Source: Mobula hypostoma
Lineage: Eukaryota
Reading direction: 5' to 3'
Assembly (NCBI RefSeq): GCF_963921235.1
Contig: NC_086097.1
Coordinates: 63,304,001-63,368,000 of the forward strand
DNA: 64,000 nucleotides
Shown here: positions 60,116 through 64,000 of the stretch, piece by piece
Numbering within the stretch: the stretch's first letter is position 1
How the letters are laid out: the number at the start of each line of letters is the position of its first letter
Translations under genes and position numbers: made by a program
Notes under the pieces: generated by a model
The model's database searches: none
Seen by the model: the letters and a program-made list of their open reading frames with translations, nothing else
Told to the model about the DNA's origin: nothing

Positions 60116-62035
60116 TGTTTTGTGTGGTGTCTTTGGAACTACACGTCAAGTAAATAAGAGCACACACGCGGGAGATGGCTTTAACTGGTGTATTCACAAT
60201 GCATCAAGAGAGAGAGAGAGTACAGTGTGCATGCGTAGACGACAGATCATATGTTGTGCTAAGGGGAGTCATTGCTCTAAAAGAAATAAATCCATACACT
60301 ACACTTCCTCTCCCCTTTAGTTTAATGCAATGTAAAACTGTATACGTATGAAACATTCAACTTCCCTTTCATAAACTATTTTCCAAATAAACATGCTTTC
60401 ACAATAACAATCCATAACTAATTTCACTATACTCAATATTAAGTCTTTTGGGTGGTACTCTGCTTCTTTCAGGATAGCGCCTCTGGACCTGTGGAGAGGC
60501 ATCAGGTTTGGCAGATATCTTGTCTAAAACAACGTTCTCGGTTGCCAGTGTCAGGTTGTTGTCAGTGACATGATCATCACTGAGAGGTAAATCTAGTGAC
60601 TGTCATGTGTCCGTCTTGTTGGATGCAGTCAACTCAAGTGTGTTCTTCAGTTAAGAATCCAGTGTCTGGTCCATGTGACACCTCCTACATCAACTGTGAA
60701 TATCAGTGGTCCAGTTCTTGCAGCTATCCTACTGCATGTCCAATTGTCTTCTCAGTAATCACGTGCAAGGGTTTCCTGTCCAAGCTCGAAGCTCCTTGCT
60801 GATTCACTTGGCAAGTGGCTGAACTCTTTATTCTGCACTTCCTTCCATAGATCTGGTCTCAGGAGGTCTATGCGAGATCTCAGATTTCAGCTCCTGAACA
60901 GCATTGCAGGTGTTTGATTTGTTGTCGCATGAACAGAGTTCTGATACTCAAAAAGGAAGTTATCCACCTTGATCTATAGAGAAATGTCCTCCTTGTCCAT
61001 TGCTTTAAAGGGCTTCTTGAATGTTTGGATAAACCCTTCAGCTAACCAATTTGTTGCTAGGTGACGGGGAGCTGAATTGAAATGTTTGATGTAATTTTTC
61101 TTCATGAGTAGTCTGAACTCCTCTGAGATGTATTGTGGTCTGTTGTCACTCAAAATTTGTTCAGATAAGCCATTTCTGACAAAGATAGTCCTCAGAGTGG
61201 AAACAGTTTTTTCTGAGGTGGTTGACTTCATTGGTATGACCTCCGACCACTTCAAATGAGCATCCACAGCAACCAGAAACATGGAGTCTATGAATGGCCC
61301 AGCAAAGTCAATATGTACTCTTTGCCATAGTGACAATGGGTGTAATGGTGCCTGTGGGGGTGCATTTTGACCTTTTTTGGCATCTCAAATAGCTTTTGGC
61401 CAAATCTTCAAACTGCTTATCTATTTTCAGCAACTGCTTATCTATTTTTAGCTCCAGGTGGGAGTCTTCATCTTGACTGTACCCAGTTATCCTTCATGCA
61501 GATTCTCTGTCACTCTGGTGTGCAGCTTAGAGGGAGCCACAACACAAGATCCACACATCAGCGTTCTTCAACATACAGACAGATGGTCTTGTCTCGCTGC
61601 GAACTCTGGCAACAAAGGGTTACCATGACCTGGCCATTCTTGTGTAGTGATGTCATAGACTTTTGACAATGTCGGATCATTCCCTGTTTCTCTTTGTATT
61701 TCCAAATTTGTCACCAGCAACTGGTCCATCAATGCCATATTGAACACTTCTGCTGGGTCACAGTCTGAAGACTTTTCTTCTGTTGGATCACAGTATGAAG
61801 CAGATCACAAAATCATCTGGATCACAATAGATGTGTCTGATGTAAAATGGATCTGGATACAAGGTCAGCTTTGTTTATAATTCCAGAAGCTGACTACAAA
61901 CGGATCGCTTTCTAAGCTACCATTAGAGAAGACCTTACTGATGCTCAAGACTACACAGGCAAAATGTGTCTCCCAAAGACAAACTGGAAGTAAATGTGAT
62001 GTATGGAGGCAAAACACAACAGTTAGAGCTTTATG
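60116..62035 (-). mobile_element. Element E: decayed gypsy (3' LTR about 60116-60303, PPT, integrase) with an inverted protease piece
   Basis: WQRVHIDFAGPF..VDAH.KW.EV..SDN; PPT aaaggggagaggaag before TGT on minus; 61790-62035 carries protease-region remnants on +. Confidence 0.8.
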
Positions 62036-64000
62036 CAACACACATAAAAATTGCTGGTGAACGCAGCAGGCCAGGCAGCATCTACAGGAAGAGGTACAGT
62101 CGGTGTTTTGAGCTGAGACCCTTCGTCAGGACGAACTGAAAGAAGAGATAGTAAGAGATTTGGGAGGGAGATCGGTGGGAAGGGATGGGAGGGGAACGAA
62201 TGGACATGGGAATCATGTAGGGAGTGATCCCTGCGGAAAGCGGGGGGGGTGGGAAAGGTGTGCTTAGTGGTGGGATCCTGTTGGAGGTGGCAGAAGTTAC
62301 GGAGAATAATATGTTGGACCCAGAGGCTGGTGGGGTGGTAGGTGAGGACAAGGGGAACCCTATTCCTAGTGGGGTGGCGGGAGGACGGAGTGAGAGCAGA
62401 TGTGCATGAAATGGGAGAGATGCGTTTGAGAGCAGAGTTGATGGTGGAGGAAGGGAAGCCCCTTTCTTTAAAAAAGGAGGACATCTTCTTCATCCTGGAA
62501 TGAAAAGCCTCATCCTGAAAGCAGATGTGGCAGAGATGGAGGAATTGCAAGAAGGGGATGGCACTTTTGCAAGAGACAGGGTGAGAGGAGGAATAGTCCA
62601 GATAGCTGTGAGAGTCCGTAGGCTTATAGTAGACATCAGTAGATAAGCTGTCTCCAGAGATAGAGACAGAAAGATCAAGAAAGGGGAGGGAGGTGTCAGA
62701 AATGGACCGGGTACACTTGAGGGCAGGGTGAAAGTTGGAGGCAAAGTTAGTGAAGTCAACAAGCTCAGCATGCGTGCAGGAAGCAGCGCCAATGCAGTCG
62801 TTGATGTAGCGAAGGAAAAGTGGGGGACAGATACCAGTATAGGCTTGGAACATGGATTGTTCCACAAAGTCAACAAAAAGGCAGGCATAGCTGGGACCCA
62901 TACGGGCAACACCTTTAGTTTGGAGGAAGTGGGAGGAGCTAAAGGAGAAATTATTAAGAGTAAGGACTAATTCCTCTAGATGGAGCAGAGTGGTGGTAGA
63001 GGGGAACTGGTTAGGTTTGGAATCCATAGAGAAGTGGAGAGTTTTGAGACCTTCCTGATGGGGAATGGAAGTGTATAGAGACTGGACATCCATGGTGAAA
63101 ATAAAGCGGTAGGGGCCAGGGAACTTAAAATCATCAAAAAAATTCAGAGTGTGAGAAGTGTCACGAACATAGGTAGGAAGGAATTGAACAAGGGTGGATG
63201 AAACAGTGTAGAGGTATGCAGAAATGAGTTCGGTGGGGCAGGAGCAAGCTGAGACAATGGGTCTACCTGGACAGGCAGGTTTATGGATCTTGGGTAGGAG
63301 GTAGGAATGGGAAGTGCAGGGTGTGGGAACTATAAGGTTGGTAGCAGTGGATGGGAGATCCCTTGAGCAGATAGAGTTGGTGATGGTGTGGGAGACAATG
63401 GCCTGGTGCTCCTTAATGGGGTCATGATTGAGGGGTAAATAAGAGGAGGTATCCGCGAGTTGTCGCTGTGCCTTGGCAAGGTAGAGGTCAGTATGCGAGA
63501 TTACAACGACGGGTTTAATAGTAAGATTAGTGCGGAGGGAGTGGAGAGCACAGCGTTCGGAAGGAGGGAGGTTGGAATGGGAACAAGGTGCGGTGAAGTC
63601 GAGACGGTTGATGTCCCATCGGCAGTTAGCTATAAAGAGATCCAGAGCAGGCAGAAGACCAGAGCGGGCTGTCCATGAAGAGGAGGAGGGTTGAAGATGG
63701 GAGAAGGAGTCATCGGAGGGGGTAGGAGAGTCCTTGCCGAAGAAGTAGGTTGGAGGATGGAGTCGGCAGAAGAAGAGTTCAGCGTCATGGCGAACGCAGA
63801 ACTCGCTGAGGTGTGGGTGAAGGGGGACAAAGGTGAGGTCCTTGCTGAGGACAGAGCACTCTGCCTCAGACAGTTGAAGGTCAGAGGGGATGGTAAAGAC
63901 CCGGCACAGATGAGAAGTGGGATCGGGGGGAGGGGGAGGGAGGCTGGTGGTGTCAGTGGAGAGGGGAGGGTTGGGGTGAGAGGAAGATGGAGCTTCTGAG
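62036..64000 (-). mobile_element. Penelope-like element (RT ORF 62023-63093), runs off the window
   Basis: MDVQSLYTSIPH, GPSYACLF, LRYIND, FLDL, YYKPTDSHSYL; GIY-YIG region missing; tail with degenerate hammerhead at about 62097-62135. Confidence 0.92.

Overview
Eukaryotic, repeat-saturated window with no host protein-coding gene that I can support. The repeat mix (CR1, Rex1/Babar-type LINEs, Penelope-like elements, Tc1, Gmr1-type gypsy, ERV remnants) looks like a cartilaginous fish, probably a ray (inference). The centre (34.4-53.2 kb) is a nested retroelement stack. A gag-less Gmr1-type gypsy element (A, + strand; order PR-INT-RT-RH) is interrupted by four insertions: a near-intact Gmr1-type element with both LTRs (B, - strand, one premature stop); a palindromic hAT-type MITE carrying Tc1 transposase fragments in both arms; a 4.7-kb retrovirus-like LTR element with gag-pro but a collapsed, catalytically empty pol that is still one open frame, and no env (C); and a Rex1-type LINE. 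A second four-level nest (LINE>CR1>Tc1>solo LTR) lies at 20.8-26.7 kb. Penelope tails carry minimal hammerhead ribozyme motifs, two with intact cores. An ERV env remnant, a chromodomain gypsy remnant, several solo LTRs and a tRNA-derived SINE with TSD are also present. All calls are by eye. Boundaries of decayed LINEs are approximate; those with TSDs are near exact.
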